Part shown: positions 38,749 through 49,722 of the stretch, in pieces | Layout: each line of letters begins with the position of its first letter | Numbering within the stretch: position 1 is the stretch's first letter | NCBI GenBank assembly: GCA_039027815.1 | Contig: JBCCJK010000009.1 | Span: forward strand, 9,724-73,723 | Direction of reading: 5' to 3' | Origin: Verrucomicrobiota bacterium | GTDB lineage: Bacteria > Verrucomicrobiota > Verrucomicrobiia > Verrucomicrobiales > JBCCJK01 | DNA length: 64,000 nucleotides | The notes under the pieces: model-generated | The model's input: only the letters and a program-made list of their open reading frames with translations | Databases searched by the model: none | What the model was told of the DNA's origin: nothing | Made by a program: the position numbers and the translations under genes

Positions 38749-40812
38749 ATGATCGCCACTCGCCACGACTTCCCCAGCAATCGAACCCCGGTCGTGGCGC
38801 GAGAAGGCGCCGAAACGAGCGAAACCACCCGCCGTCTTTCGGATGTCCCCTCCTCGGCAGCGCCTTCCGGCCCGCTCTCCGACAAGTGGACCAAGCACCG
38901 CCAGGACTCCAAGCTCATCAACCCGAACAACAAGCGGAAATTCAAAGTGATCGTGGTAGGCTCCGGCTTGGCGGGCGGAGCGGCCGCCGCCACCCTGGCC
39001 GAACTCGGCTACCAAGTGTCCTGTTTCTGTTACCAGGACAGCCCTCGCCGTGCCCACTCCATCGCGGCCCAAGGCGGGATCAACGGGGCCAAAAACTACC
39101 GCAATGATGGCGACTCCATCTACCGGCTGTTCTACGACACCATCAAAGGGGGCGACTTCCGGTCACGTGAAGCCAATGTCCATCGGCTGGCCGAGGTCTC
39201 CAATAGTATCATCGATCAATGCGTGGCGGCCGGCGTGCCCTTCGCCCGTGAGTATGGCGGCCTGCTCGACAACCGCTCCTTCGGCGGGGCCCAAGTCAGC
39301 CGGACCTTCTACGCTCGTGGCCAAACCGGCCAACAGCTCTTGATTGGCTGCTACCAGGCCTTGGAAAAGGAAATTCAAAAGGGCGGGGTCAAGATGTTCC
39401 CCCGCACCGAAATGCTCGACCTGGTGGTGGTCGATGGCCACGCCAAGGGCATCGTCGTGCGCAACATGGTCACGGGGGAAATCTCCTCCCACGCGGCCGA
39501 CACTGTCCTCTTGGCCACCGGAGGATATGGCAATGTCTTCTTTCTCTCGACCAATGCGAAGGGCTGCAACGTGACCGCCGCCTACCGCGCCTACAAAAAA
39601 GGCGCTTACATGTCGAATCCCTGCTACACCCAGATTCACCCCACCTGCATACCGGTGAGTGGAGACTACCAATCCAAGCTCACTTTGATGTCCGAGTCGC
39701 TCCGGAATGACGGCCGGATTTGGGTCCCAAAAGACGCCGCCATCGCCGACAAAATCCGGCGAGGTGAGATGACGGCGGCGGAGGTCGCCGAAGAGGAAAG
39801 GGATTATTACCTCGAGAGAAAGTATCCCTCCTTCGGCAATCTCGCCCCTCGGGACATTTCCTCCCGCTCGGCCAAAGAGGCCTGCGACGAGGGCCGAGGG
39901 GTCGCCCCCACCGGTCTGGGTGTCTACCTCGATTTCTCCGATCGCATTCGCGATTTGGGCGAAGACACCATCCGGGCCCGCTACGGCAACCTCTTCCAAA
40001 TGTATGAGAAGATCGCCGGGACCAATCCTTATCAGGAGCCCATGCAAATCTATCCCGCGGTCCACTACACCATGGGCGGCCTCTGGGTGGATTACAACCT
40101 GATGTCGAACGTTCCCGGCCTGCACGTTTTGGGCGAAGCCAACTTCTCAGATCATGGCGCCAATCGCCTGGGCGCCAGCGCTCTCATGCAAGGCTTGGCC
40201 GATGGCTACTTCGTCATCCCCGTCACGATCGCCAACTACCTCGTGACGCAAACCCCTGGCACCGTCACGACCTCCCATCCTGAATTCAAGGCCGCCGAGG
40301 CCAAGGCCAAGGCACAGACCAGCCAACTACTGGGAATCAAAGGCCGACGCAGCGTGGATGACTTCCACCGCGAACTCGGCCTGCTGGTTTGGGACAAATG
40401 CGGCATGGCTCGCAACCAGGCCGGATTGGAGGAAGCCATCCAAAAAATCCCCGCCATCCGGGAGGAATTCTGGGAAAACGTGAAAGTCCCCGGCAGCGGA
40501 GAGCAGCTCAATCAGGAACTGGAAAAAGCGGGGCGCGTGGCGGACTTCCTGGAGTTTGGCGAGCTGCTCTGTCGCGATGCCCACATGCGAGAGGAGTCCT
40601 GCGGCGGTCACTTCCGCGAGGAACATCAATACACCGAGGACGATGAGATCGTGAAGTCCGGCTATCTCTCCCCAGGAGAGGCCAAGCGGGATGATGAAAA
40701 CTATTCCTTTGTCTCCGCTTGGGAGCACGATGGCGAGAACCAAGAGCCCACCCTCCACCGGGAGTGGCTGGACTTTGAAGAAGTCGAAATGAGCACACGC
40801 AGCTACAAATAA
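38749..40812 (+). CDS. sdhA: Succinate dehydrogenase / fumarate reductase flavoprotein subunit
   Basis: [19 protein letters not shown] (FAD fold) and [11 protein letters not shown] (His for covalent FAD). The start is at the ATG at 38749 (MIATRH...); the track ORF beginning at 38413 overlaps sdhC out of frame. Confidence 0.92.
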   Translation: MIATRHDFPSNRTPVVAREGAETSETTRRLSDVPSSAAPSGPLSDKWTKHRQDSKLINPNNKRKFKVIVVGSGLAGGAAAATLAELGYQVSCFCYQDSPRRAHSIAAQGGINGAKNYRNDGDSIYRLFYDTIKGGDFRSREANVHRLAEVSNSIIDQCVAAGVPFAREYGGLLDNRSFGGAQVSRTFYARGQTGQQLLIGCYQALEKEIQKGGVKMFPRTEMLDLVVVDGHAKGIVVRNMVTGEISSHAADTVLLATGGYGNVFFLSTNAKGCNVTAAYRAYKKGAYMSNPCYTQIHPTCIPVSGDYQSKLTLMSESLRNDGRIWVPKDAAIADKIRRGEMTAAEVAEEERDYYLERKYPSFGNLAPRDISSRSAKEACDEGRGVAPTGLGVYLDFSDRIRDLGEDTIRARYGNLFQMYEKIAGTNPYQEPMQIYPAVHYTMGGLWVDYNLMSNVPGLHVLGEANFSDHGANRLGASALMQGLADGYFVIPVTIANYLVTQTPGTVTTSHPEFKAAEAKAKAQTSQLLGIKGRRSVDDFHRELGLLVWDKCGMARNQAGLEEAIQKIPAIREEFWENVKVPGSGEQLNQELEKAGRVADFLEFGELLCRDAHMREESCGGHFREEHQYTEDDEIVKSGYLSPGEAKRDDENYSFVSAWEHDGENQEPTLHREWLDFEEVEMSTRSYK

Positions 40813-40820
40813 CTCACCCC

Positions 40821-41580
<760 letters not shown>

Positions 41581-41588
<8 letters not shown>

Positions 41589-41598
41589 ATCCAGACCG
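41581..41598. terminator. 7-bp stem hairpin CGGTCTG-AATC-CAGACCG between convergent sdhB and the 580-aa gene (weak bidirectional terminator candidate)
   Basis: Read directly from the sequence. It includes the sdhB stop codon. No U-tract follows on either strand. Confidence 0.25.
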
Positions 41599-41602
41599 TC
41601 CG

Positions 41603-43345
41603 CTAGGGCTGCCCTTCCAGCAGATCGTAAAAAGCCTCTTCCTCCAAGGCTTCGCTACGACCGTCCGCGTAGACGACCGCCCTCTGGTTGTCCAAGGCCC
41701 GAGGGGAGGCCACCATCAACTCTTGCGGATCGCTCAAGGAAGAGCCGGCCGCGAAATAGAGGAACGCCTCTCCCTCCCTCGTCAGCCAGACCGCGGGATC
41801 CTCGATCAGCCCCGCCGCCTCGATTTCCCGTAGCGATTCCGGTGCCCGCCCCTCCTCCGCGGCGAAGACGATGATCGCGATCGCAATCTGGCGCAGCTTG
41901 GCTTCCTCCTCGCTCAGCTTGGCTCGTTCCGTAATCGAATTGTAGACCGGCCAGCTCAGCCCCGACAAGGCCGCCACCGAAACCAAGCTATTGAACCCGG
42001 GCTTGAGGATATTCCTCCGGTGGGAAAAGGGCGCGTTCGAAGCCGTGACAAAGCCCTCCGGCACAATGGCCGTGACGCTCGCGAAAAAGCTATCACGCCG
42101 GAAGACCGGCAGCAGCCGATCGATCAAAATGCTCTCGACCGCTCGGACACTCTCCTTGGAAACCGGCAGGGCCTCCTGGTAGCCCTGTTCATCCAAAATG
42201 GCCGAAAAAAGAAGCCACAGCTCCTCATTGAACGCTCGCGAAAGATAGACCAAAGAAAGCCCCTGCCCCGGCAAGCCCTCGGTCGCGGCCACGAAGTCGG
42301 CATCCTCGATCAGCGGGGCCTCTTTCTCGAGCGCCGCCTCCAGATATTCCTCTCTCGAGGCCAGAAAAAGTCGCTCCGTCCGGTGATCCCGCGCCAGCAC
42401 CGGGGACCAGAAACCGGTCGGTCCGGGGAGAGGCGGCACACTCAGGGAAAGAAATTCCAGCTCTCCCTTCCGCCAATTCTTGCCCGCTCCCTCCCTCGTC
42501 TCCATCTGGACGATCTTGGGAAAGAGCGGCCCCAGGCCCTCCACCGCCACCAGCCCATCCAGCACCGGCATGCTGACATCAGCAAAGCCCGGGACACCCG
42601 CCGTCATGCGCTGGTCGAAATCCAGCACCATCGTGATGCGGGTGTTGGAGAAGGCATAGATTTCTTCGCGCGAGAAGGGGCTTTCTCCCAGATCCCTCTC
42701 AATCTGCGACCACAGCAAATCTTCCCCCCCTTCGATCCCCAGGCTCTCGACGTAGCGACTAAAGCGACCCAAGGCCTCTCCCAGCTTCAGCTCGAACTCC
42801 ACAATGACATCCGCCCCACCGGGAGCGATCTCGTAGGCCGCGAAAGGTCGGGAATCCGTTCCGAAAAGCGTCTGCACCCCTTCAAAGCCTTCTCCGGTTA
42901 GCAGCATGGATCGGTTATGATACATACCATTTTCCATGCGACGGGAACTCTTCCCAAGCGCCTTCACTTCGGTCAGACCGAACTCGCGAAACAGCTCGAT
43001 CGCGTCGAAACGATCGGCGACTGACTCCCGATACAAAAGCAAGGCCGGCTTCACGATGGCATTCAAGTCCTCTCCCAGTCGCTCGAACTCCCCTTCCACA
43101 TCCGCGAAGACCAGCGCCGCATCCCCCATCTCGACGTACTCCAAAATCGCCTCCAGCGTGGGAGACAGTTTCTTCCGCTCGCTCTCAGGCACCCGCAGCA
43201 CCTCGATGGTTTTGATAATGGGATCTTGGGGAGCCCAAGGCTCCCACAGCAAGACCCCACCCGCCAAGCCCAAAAGAGCGATCCCGAGGCCGAAATAAAA
43301 AGGCTTGGAACTCGGCTTGGCTACCGTGGATTGGTCGGCGCTCAT
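41603..43345 (-). CDS. Hypothetical N-terminally membrane-anchored protein (580 aa)
   Basis: The start is the ATG at 43345 (MSADQSTVAKPSSKPFYFGLGIALLGLAGGVLLW), which forms an ATGA overlap with the stop of the HAD gene. I recognise no family. Confidence 0.6.
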   Translation of the reverse strand: MSADQSTVAKPSSKPFYFGLGIALLGLAGGVLLWEPWAPQDPIIKTIEVLRVPESERKKLSPTLEAILEYVEMGDAALVFADVEGEFERLGEDLNAIVKPALLLYRESVADRFDAIELFREFGLTEVKALGKSSRRMENGMYHNRSMLLTGEGFEGVQTLFGTDSRPFAAYEIAPGGADVIVEFELKLGEALGRFSRYVESLGIEGGEDLLWSQIERDLGESPFSREEIYAFSNTRITMVLDFDQRMTAGVPGFADVSMPVLDGLVAVEGLGPLFPKIVQMETREGAGKNWRKGELEFLSLSVPPLPGPTGFWSPVLARDHRTERLFLASREEYLEAALEKEAPLIEDADFVAATEGLPGQGLSLVYLSRAFNEELWLLFSAILDEQGYQEALPVSKESVRAVESILIDRLLPVFRRDSFFASVTAIVPEGFVTASNAPFSHRRNILKPGFNSLVSVAALSGLSWPVYNSITERAKLSEEEAKLRQIAIAIIVFAAEEGRAPESLREIEAAGLIEDPAVWLTREGEAFLYFAAGSSLSDPQELMVASPRALDNQRAVVYADGRSEALEEEAFYDLLEGQP

Positions 43346-44001
43346 TGCTCGAAAAAGGAGGAGACTTCCCCTGGATGAGACACCACCTGGGCGGCCCCGG
43401 ACGCTAGCAACTCGGGCTTCTCTCGAAATCCCCACGTCACCCCCAGCGGCATCATCCCAGCTGAAACAGCCGTCTGCATATCGGTATTGGTATCACCCAG
43501 ATAGAGAATTTCCGAAGGAGAGAGGTGCAGGTCGGCCGCCATTTGAAGGGCGCTCGTTGGGTCGGGCTTCCGTGGAACGCCCTCCCGCTGGCCCACCACG
43601 AAGGCAAAGCTCCACTTCGCCAAAAGACGATCCACAAACTGCACCGTAAACGCATGCAGCTTATTCGACAGCACGCAGATCGGCAGCTCGCGAGCCACCA
43701 GCTCGTCCAAAAGCTCGGGAATTCCCTCGTAAGGCCGGGAACTCGTCGGCCAAAAACGGGCATAACCTTCCTTGAAGGACTGAACGCATTCCTGAACAAG
43801 TGCTGGGTTGCCCTTTTCCGGAGGCAGCGCACGGGCCAAAAGTTCTCCCACCCCATCGCCCGCAAAAGTCCGGTAGGCCTCCCTGGGATGCGTCGGAAAG
43901 CCCTTCTCCTCGAGGACGGCATTGGCCGTGTCGGCGATTCCCTCCAGGGTATCCAGGAGGGTTCCATCCAGATCGAAAATGACCGCACGTGGAACCTTCA
44001 T
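43342..44001 (-). CDS. HAD-superfamily phosphatase (phosphoglycolate phosphatase-like)
   Basis: MKVPRAVIFDLDGTLLDT (DxDGT motif I), LSNK (motif II) and YLGDTNTDMQ (motif IV). The start is the ATG at 44001; the upstream part of track ORF 43342..44367 is rejected. Confidence 0.85.
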   Translation of the reverse strand: MKVPRAVIFDLDGTLLDTLEGIADTANAVLEEKGFPTHPREAYRTFAGDGVGELLARALPPEKGNPALVQECVQSFKEGYARFWPTSSRPYEGIPELLDELVARELPICVLSNKLHAFTVQFVDRLLAKWSFAFVVGQREGVPRKPDPTSALQMAADLHLSPSEILYLGDTNTDMQTAVSAGMMPLGVTWGFREKPELLASGAAQVVSHPGEVSSFFEQ

Positions 44002-44459
44002 CCTAGGAGAGCGGTGCCAAAAAAGTCCTGCATGACCTCCGCATACACCTCCTGTTTGAATCGGGGAAGCCATTTCTCTTGGAAGCCCGCGGGCTCGATC
44101 CAACGGACGGCGCGAAACTCCGCTCCTCCCGTCTCGAGCTGGAAAATCGGATCCGGCTCCCGGAGACCACAAAGAAAGTAAGTCTGTTCCTGCCCGGCAT
44201 AGGTTCCGAAAGCCAGTTGTCCTTCGGGAAAGCGATAGCGATACCCCCCTCGCTCTTCCAGGATTTCGTAGGCCGATGGCGAGAGACCCAGCTCCTCCTC
44301 CACCTCTCGCAGGAGCGCTTCCCGCCCCGTCTCGCCCTCTTCCACCCCTCCTTGAGGAAACTGCCAAGCACCCGCCACATCGATGCGTTCGCCCACCAAA
44401 ATCTCCCCCCGAACATTTCGGAGGATGACGGCCACACAGGGACGGAATCGATCAATCAT
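43998..44459 (-). CDS. rppH: NUDIX hydrolase, RppH-like RNA pyrophosphohydrolase
   Basis: The C-terminal 153 aa of track ORF 43998..45668 read MIDRFRPCVAVILRN...WQFPQGGVEEGETGREALLREVEEELGL (Nudix box GX5EX7REUXEEXGU). The rest of that ORF is antisense to plsX. Confidence 0.85.
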   Translation of the reverse strand: MIDRFRPCVAVILRNVRGEILVGERIDVAGAWQFPQGGVEEGETGREALLREVEEELGLSPSAYEILEERGGYRYRFPEGQLAFGTYAGQEQTYFLCGLREPDPIFQLETGGAEFRAVRWIEPAGFQEKWLPRFKQEVYAEVMQDFFGTALLG

Positions 44460-44633
44460 CACAGGACAGTGGGTTCTTCCTCTCCTTCCACCGACCGAAA
44501 GTGCAAGAACCATGCTGCTTTTCCGGGGAAAACGGTGCGCTCCCCCCCACCCGCAGCTGCCGGACGGGGCCGAACGGAAAGGTGCTTGCGCCAGATTGCC
44601 GCTCCGGCATAGTTCGCCCTGACTCGGAAAAGC

Positions 44634-45635
44634 ATGATCATCGCAGTTGACGGAATGGGGGGCGACCATGCCCCCGAAGCAGTCGTGGGGGGAGTGAAAC
44701 TCGCGCTCGATCGGCTGAAGGGGATCAAAAAATTGTTGCTCGTGGGCCACGAAACTCGCTTGCAGGCCGAACTCGACCGACAAAGCGTCCGCAGCCCGCG
44801 AGTCGAACTGGTCCCCTCCCACAGCGTCGTGGAAATGACCGACCTCTCGACGGCCGCCGTCCGCAGCAAAAAAGACTCCTCGGTCACCGTGGCGGCCGAC
44901 CTCGTGAAAAAAGGCCAGGCTCAAGCGCTGGTGAGCGCGGGCCACACCGGCGCCTCGGTCGCCGTCACCTCCGTGAAATGGCGCACTCTCCCAGGCGTGG
45001 AACGCCCCGGAATCGCCTCTCCCATGCCGGCCGAACACGGCATCACCAGCCTTCTCGACGCCGGGGCCAATGTCGAAGCCAAGCCCCTTCACCTGCTTCA
45101 CTACGGCATCATGGGGAGCGTCTATGCCCGCCAGATCTACGGAGTGGCCAAGCCGAAAGTGGGCCTCATGTCCGTGGGTGAAGAAGACCACAAAGGCAGC
45201 GACTTCACCCGGGAGGTCTTCCATCTGCTGAAAGAGACGGATCTGCATTTTGTCGGCAATGTGGAAGGCCGGGACATCCTCAACGGCGGCCTCGACGTCA
45301 TTGTAACCGATGGCTTCACCGGCAATGTCGTCCTCAAAACCGTCGAAGGCACCGCCAAAGCCGTGGGCGGTTGGCTCAAAACCGAACTCCGCGCCAATCC
45401 CCTCCGCCTTCTGGGTGCCCTCCTCGCTCGGGGCGCTTTCTCGGCCGTCAAGGCGCGCGGCAATTACGAAACCTACGGAGGCAGCCCCTTGCTGGGGGTC
45501 CGCGGAGTCTGCATCATCGGACACGGCGGTAGTTCTCCCCTGGCCGTCATGAACGCCATCCGCGTGGCGGGCGAAGCCGTCCAGCAAGCCGTCAACCCCC
45601 AGATCGAAGACGAAATCCAACGATTCCATGCCTGA
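44634..45635 (+). CDS. plsX: Phosphate acyltransferase PlsX
   Basis: MIIAVDGMGGDHAPEAVV..., GHTGA, GFTGNVVLK. Confidence 0.93.
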   Translation: MIIAVDGMGGDHAPEAVVGGVKLALDRLKGIKKLLLVGHETRLQAELDRQSVRSPRVELVPSHSVVEMTDLSTAAVRSKKDSSVTVAADLVKKGQAQALVSAGHTGASVAVTSVKWRTLPGVERPGIASPMPAEHGITSLLDAGANVEAKPLHLLHYGIMGSVYARQIYGVAKPKVGLMSVGEEDHKGSDFTREVFHLLKETDLHFVGNVEGRDILNGGLDVIVTDGFTGNVVLKTVEGTAKAVGGWLKTELRANPLRLLGALLARGAFSAVKARGNYETYGGSPLLGVRGVCIIGHGGSSPLAVMNAIRVAGEAVQQAVNPQIEDEIQRFHA

Positions 45636-46626
45636 TTCCGCTCTCCCCCCGGTCCAATTCGTCGGCACCGGTAGCTACCTCCCGGAGCAAATGCTCACCA
45701 ATGGAGACCTCGAAAAAATGGTCGAGACCTCCGATGAATGGATCACCGCCCGCACCGGCATCAAGGAACGTCGCCTGGCCGCCGAAAACCAGGCCACCAG
45801 CGACCTCGCGACCCAAGCCGCCCTCGCCGCCCTCGATGACGCGGGTCTGACGGCCGAAGACCTCGACCTCATCCTCCTCGCGACCATTAGCGCCGACATG
45901 TTTTTCCCCAGCACCGCCTGCCTGGTCCAGAAGAATCTGGGGGCCACCCGGGCCTTCGCCTTCGACCTCTCCGCCGCCTGCTCCGGCTTCCTCTACGGGG
46001 TCGACCTCGCCAAACGCTACCTCGAAACCGGCGGGGCCCAGACCGTCATGGTCATCGGTGCCGAAAAGCTCTCCAGCCAAGTGAACTGGGAGGACCGCAA
46101 CACCTGCGTGCTCTTTGGCGATGGCGCGGGCGCCGCCATCCTGCAACGAGGAGACGAAAGCACCGGCCGGGTCCTCTCCACCGTCATGGGCAGCGATGGC
46201 AGGCAGGCCGACATCCTCAAAGTCCCCGCCGGCGGCAGCGCCCTCCCCATCACCCCACAAGTGGCCGAGCAAAAACTCAACACCATCTACATGGCTGGGC
46301 GCGAAGTCTACAAACTGGCTGTGACCGCCATGCGGGACGCCGCCCTCGAAGCCATTCAGGCCGCGGGCCTGACTGCTGAGGACATCGCCATGGTCATTCC
46401 CCACCAGGCCAATCTCCGCATCATTGAAGCCATCAACGATCGCCTCGGCATCCCCAAAGAGCGCTGCTTCGTCAATCTCGAAAAATACGGGAACACCTCC
46501 GCCGCCGCCATCGCCATCGCTCTCGACGAAGCCGCCAAAAGCGGCGCCATCCAGCGCGGGGACAAAGTCTGCCTCGTCGTCTTCGGCGCCGGCCTCACCT
46601 GGGCCGCCAGCGTCGTCGAATGGTAA
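45628..46626 (+). CDS. fabH: 3-oxoacyl-ACP synthase III
   Basis: AACSGFLYG (active-site Cys), HQANLRII and GNTSAA. It overlaps plsX by 8 nt. Confidence 0.93.
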   Translation: MPDSALPPVQFVGTGSYLPEQMLTNGDLEKMVETSDEWITARTGIKERRLAAENQATSDLATQAALAALDDAGLTAEDLDLILLATISADMFFPSTACLVQKNLGATRAFAFDLSAACSGFLYGVDLAKRYLETGGAQTVMVIGAEKLSSQVNWEDRNTCVLFGDGAGAAILQRGDESTGRVLSTVMGSDGRQADILKVPAGGSALPITPQVAEQKLNTIYMAGREVYKLAVTAMRDAALEAIQAAGLTAEDIAMVIPHQANLRIIEAINDRLGIPKERCFVNLEKYGNTSAAAIAIALDEAAKSGAIQRGDKVCLVVFGAGLTWAASVVEW

Positions 46627-46712
46627 GCTCCCCTCCTCGATCCGCTCCCCACCCCACCCCTTTTCAAGAAACTCCCCCGCAAAAAAGCCACCTCGCTACC
46701 CGTAAATCCCTC

Positions 46713-47318
46713 ATGCAAACCAAACCCGCCCTCCTCGCCCTCAGTCTCGCCCTCGTTCTCCCCCTGGCCGCCGAAGAAGAGGGCTTCCTCTCCCTCTTTG
46801 ATGGCGAAAGCTTCGCCGGTTGGAAAATCGCCGAGAACCCCGAAGCCTTCACCATTCAAGACGGAGCCATCGTCGCCAATGGCACCCGCGCCCACGCCTT
46901 CTACGTCGGAGAGGGGGGCCAAGCAAACTTCAACCAATTTGAACTTCGCCTCGAAGTCCTGACCCTCCCGAACTCCAATGGCGGCATCTTCATCCACTCC
47001 GCCTGGCTCGAAGAAGGCTGGCCCTCCGGATACGAAATCCAAGTCTGCAATACCCAACGCGATTGGCGGAAATCGGGCAGCCTCTTCAATATCGTCCACA
47101 ATGAAATCCCCTTCGAAGACAACACTTGGATGGAATATGTCATCCGGGTTCAGAAAGGCCGGATCTTCGTCAGCGTCAACGATCAAGTCCTCGTCAACTA
47201 CACCCCGCAGAAAGAAGCCAGCCGCCTTCTCCCGGAAGGCGGGGCCCTCTCTTTGCAAGCCCACGACCCCGGCAGCACCGTCCACTACCGCAATCTTCGG
47301 ATCAAGCCGCTCGACTAG
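46713..47318 (+). CDS. Secreted DUF1080 (3-keto-disaccharide hydrolase-like, concanavalin fold) protein
   Basis: The start is the ATG at 46713 (MQTKPALLALSLALVLPLAA signal peptide). Followed by FDGESFAGWK...FTIQDGAIVA...YEIQV...LSLQAHDPGSTVHYRNLRIKPL. Confidence 0.8.
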   Translation: MQTKPALLALSLALVLPLAAEEEGFLSLFDGESFAGWKIAENPEAFTIQDGAIVANGTRAHAFYVGEGGQANFNQFELRLEVLTLPNSNGGIFIHSAWLEEGWPSGYEIQVCNTQRDWRKSGSLFNIVHNEIPFEDNTWMEYVIRVQKGRIFVSVNDQVLVNYTPQKEASRLLPEGGALSLQAHDPGSTVHYRNLRIKPLD

Positions 47319-47397
47319 CGCCCTCGCCCCTTGCCGTCCCAGATCGGCCCCAGCCCCTGCCCGCCGCTGCGAGAGCCCCGAGCCCGGCGCTCCCTTC

Positions 47398-48207
47398 ATG
47401 CTCATCGACTCTCACTGCCACCTCGGCTCCCACCGCTTCCAAGAATCGGAAATCGCTGACCTCCTGGCCCGGGCTCGGGCCCGCCAGGTCACCCAGCTCC
47501 TCACCCTCGCGACCTCTCTCAGCGACGCGAAAACCAACCTCGCCCTCGCCCAGGCCTACCCCGCCGTTTCTAGTTGTCTCGGCCTCCACCCCACCGAGGT
47601 GACCGAGGTGCCCGAAGACGCCGTCGACCATCTCGACCGGCTCTTCCGAGAAGCGCCCCACCTGGTGGCCGCCGTGGGAGAAACCGGCCTCGACTACTAC
47701 CACCCCGCCCCGCCCGGCTGGAGCGAGCCCGCTTACCACGCCCGCCAACAAGCCTTTCTCCGCCAGCACTTTGTCTGGGCCGCGCGCGTCCATCGCCCCC
47801 TCGTCCTCCACACGCGCGACCGCCAGGGAGATGCCTCGTTCCAAGACGCCCTCGCCCTCTACCGGGAATTCGCCTCCGAAGTCCGCGCCATCTTCCACTG
47901 CTTCCCAGGCCCGCCGGAAAACGCCCGCGCCGTCCTCGACCTGGGCGGCCTCGTCTCCTTCACCGGCAATCTCACCTTCAAAAAAGCCCACCTCATCCGC
48001 GAAACCCTCCTCAGCCTGAAACCCGGGGAATACCTCTTGGAAACCGACAGCCCCTACCTCGCACCCGTCCCCCACCGAGGAAAGCGCAATGAACCGGCCT
48101 ACGTCCGCGACATCGCCCACTTTGCGGCGGAGCTTCTCGATCGCCCCTGGGAGCAAATCGCCCACGAAACCAGCCAAGCCGCCCGAGCCTTCTTCCATCT
48201 TCCCTAA
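47398..48207 (+). CDS. tatD: TatD-family metal-dependent hydrolase / DNase
   Basis: The start is the ATG at 47398. MLIDSHCHL, GETGLDYY, LHTRD and TDSPYLAP motifs are present. Confidence 0.9.
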   Translation: MLIDSHCHLGSHRFQESEIADLLARARARQVTQLLTLATSLSDAKTNLALAQAYPAVSSCLGLHPTEVTEVPEDAVDHLDRLFREAPHLVAAVGETGLDYYHPAPPGWSEPAYHARQQAFLRQHFVWAARVHRPLVLHTRDRQGDASFQDALALYREFASEVRAIFHCFPGPPENARAVLDLGGLVSFTGNLTFKKAHLIRETLLSLKPGEYLLETDSPYLAPVPHRGKRNEPAYVRDIAHFAAELLDRPWEQIAHETSQAARAFFHLP

Positions 48208-48351
48208 GCCCTCGAAAAATGGGGTCTTCCTTTTCAAATTCCCCTCTCCAGCCCTAATGAGTAAACACGTCTCAGAAAGAGCCGCCCCGTTCACCGCTCA
48301 AGAACCTCCCAGCGCTCAGGGCTCTCCCCACTGAAACCCAGCAAACTCTCC

Positions 48352-49680
48352 ATGATCCGCACCCGCTTCGCACCGTCCCCCACCGGCTACCTCCACATCG
48401 GCGGAGTGCGCACCGCCCTCTTCAATTGGCTCTACGCCCGGCAAAAGGGCGGCCAATTTCTCCTCCGCTTGGAAGACACGGACGCCACGCGCAACACCCC
48501 GGAAGCCATCGCTGCCATTTACGAAGGACTCCGTTGGCTCGGCCTGGACTGGGATGAAGGTCCGGAAAAGGGAGGCCCTCACGGCCCCTACTGCCAAAGC
48601 GAACGGGGGGCCATCTATGACGAATGGTTCGAAAAACTGCTGGCCGCCGACCGAGTCTACCAAGAAGACGGCGCCTGGCGCTTTCGCTTCAAGCGCCAAG
48701 TCGTGACCCTATCGGATCAGATTTGTGGCGAAGTGGCCTTCGACTTCCAGGCCCAGGCCGCCATCTCCCCCGACATGACCCTCAAGCGGCCGGACGGCAG
48801 CTACATCTTTCACTTCACGAACGTGGTCGACGACCTCACCATGGGCATCACCCATGTCCTCCGGGCCGAAGACCACCTCTCGAATACCCACAAACACTTG
48901 CAGCTCATCGAAGCCCTGGGAGAGCCACCGCCCGTCTACGCCCACGCCCCGCTCATCCTCAATGGAGATGGTTCCAAAATGAGCAAGCGGGACACCGGCG
49001 CCGCCCTCAAAGACTACATCGAAGAAGGCTTCCTCCCCGCCGCCGTGCTCAACTTCACCGCGCTCCTCGGCTGGTCGCCCAAAGACGACAGCGAACTCCT
49101 CACCTTGCCAGAGCTGACCGAGCGCTTCAGCCTGGCCGCCATCAGTCGCTCGGGAGCCAAGTGCGACCTCGAAAAAGCCCGTTGGATGAACGGAGAATAC
49201 CTCAAAGCCCTCAGCCCCGAAGCCCTGGCAGAAAAAGCCGCCCACGCCTTCGACCGAGCGGGCTTGCCCCAGGGAGACCGCGTCCTGGTGGCCAAATTGG
49301 TCCAGGAAAAAATCCGGACCTTCCGCGACCTCAAAGACTGGCTCCCCTTCTTCACCGAAGACGCGCCCCCACTGAGCGAACCCGCCCACCAGAAAGCCTT
49401 CCGCAAAGAAGGCGCCTCCGCCCTCGCCCAAGGCATCCGCCAAACTCTCGTCGACTGCGCGGACTGGACCGCCCCCGGCCTCAAAGCGGCCCTCGCCACC
49501 TTCGCCGAAGCCCAAGGGCTCAAAATCGGCAAAGTCATGTTCCCCACCCGTGTCCTCACCACCGGGGCCGATCACGGCCCGGACTTGCTGCCACTTTTGG
49601 AATACCTCGGCCAAGCGCGCACCGTAAAGCGAGCCGAACACATCCTCTCCACCAGCGCAGGCCTCTCCTCCACTTCCTGA
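48352..49680 (+). CDS. gltX: Glutamate-tRNA ligase
   Basis: RFAPSPTGYLHIGGVRTALFNW (HIGH) and KMSKRD (KMSKS), 442 aa. Confidence 0.92.
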   Translation: MIRTRFAPSPTGYLHIGGVRTALFNWLYARQKGGQFLLRLEDTDATRNTPEAIAAIYEGLRWLGLDWDEGPEKGGPHGPYCQSERGAIYDEWFEKLLAADRVYQEDGAWRFRFKRQVVTLSDQICGEVAFDFQAQAAISPDMTLKRPDGSYIFHFTNVVDDLTMGITHVLRAEDHLSNTHKHLQLIEALGEPPPVYAHAPLILNGDGSKMSKRDTGAALKDYIEEGFLPAAVLNFTALLGWSPKDDSELLTLPELTERFSLAAISRSGAKCDLEKARWMNGEYLKALSPEALAEKAAHAFDRAGLPQGDRVLVAKLVQEKIRTFRDLKDWLPFFTEDAPPLSEPAHQKAFRKEGASALAQGIRQTLVDCADWTAPGLKAALATFAEAQGLKIGKVMFPTRVLTTGADHGPDLLPLLEYLGQARTVKRAEHILSTSAGLSSTS

Positions 49681-49722
49681 CCCACCGGCGGGCGACAGGC
49701 CCCTTCCTTCTCGGCACCTCTC

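Noticed and set aside
43998-45668. 556-aa minus-strand ORF
   Set aside because: Only the C-terminal 153 aa (the NUDIX hydrolase, starting at the ATG at 44459) are credible. The remainder is antisense to plsX.
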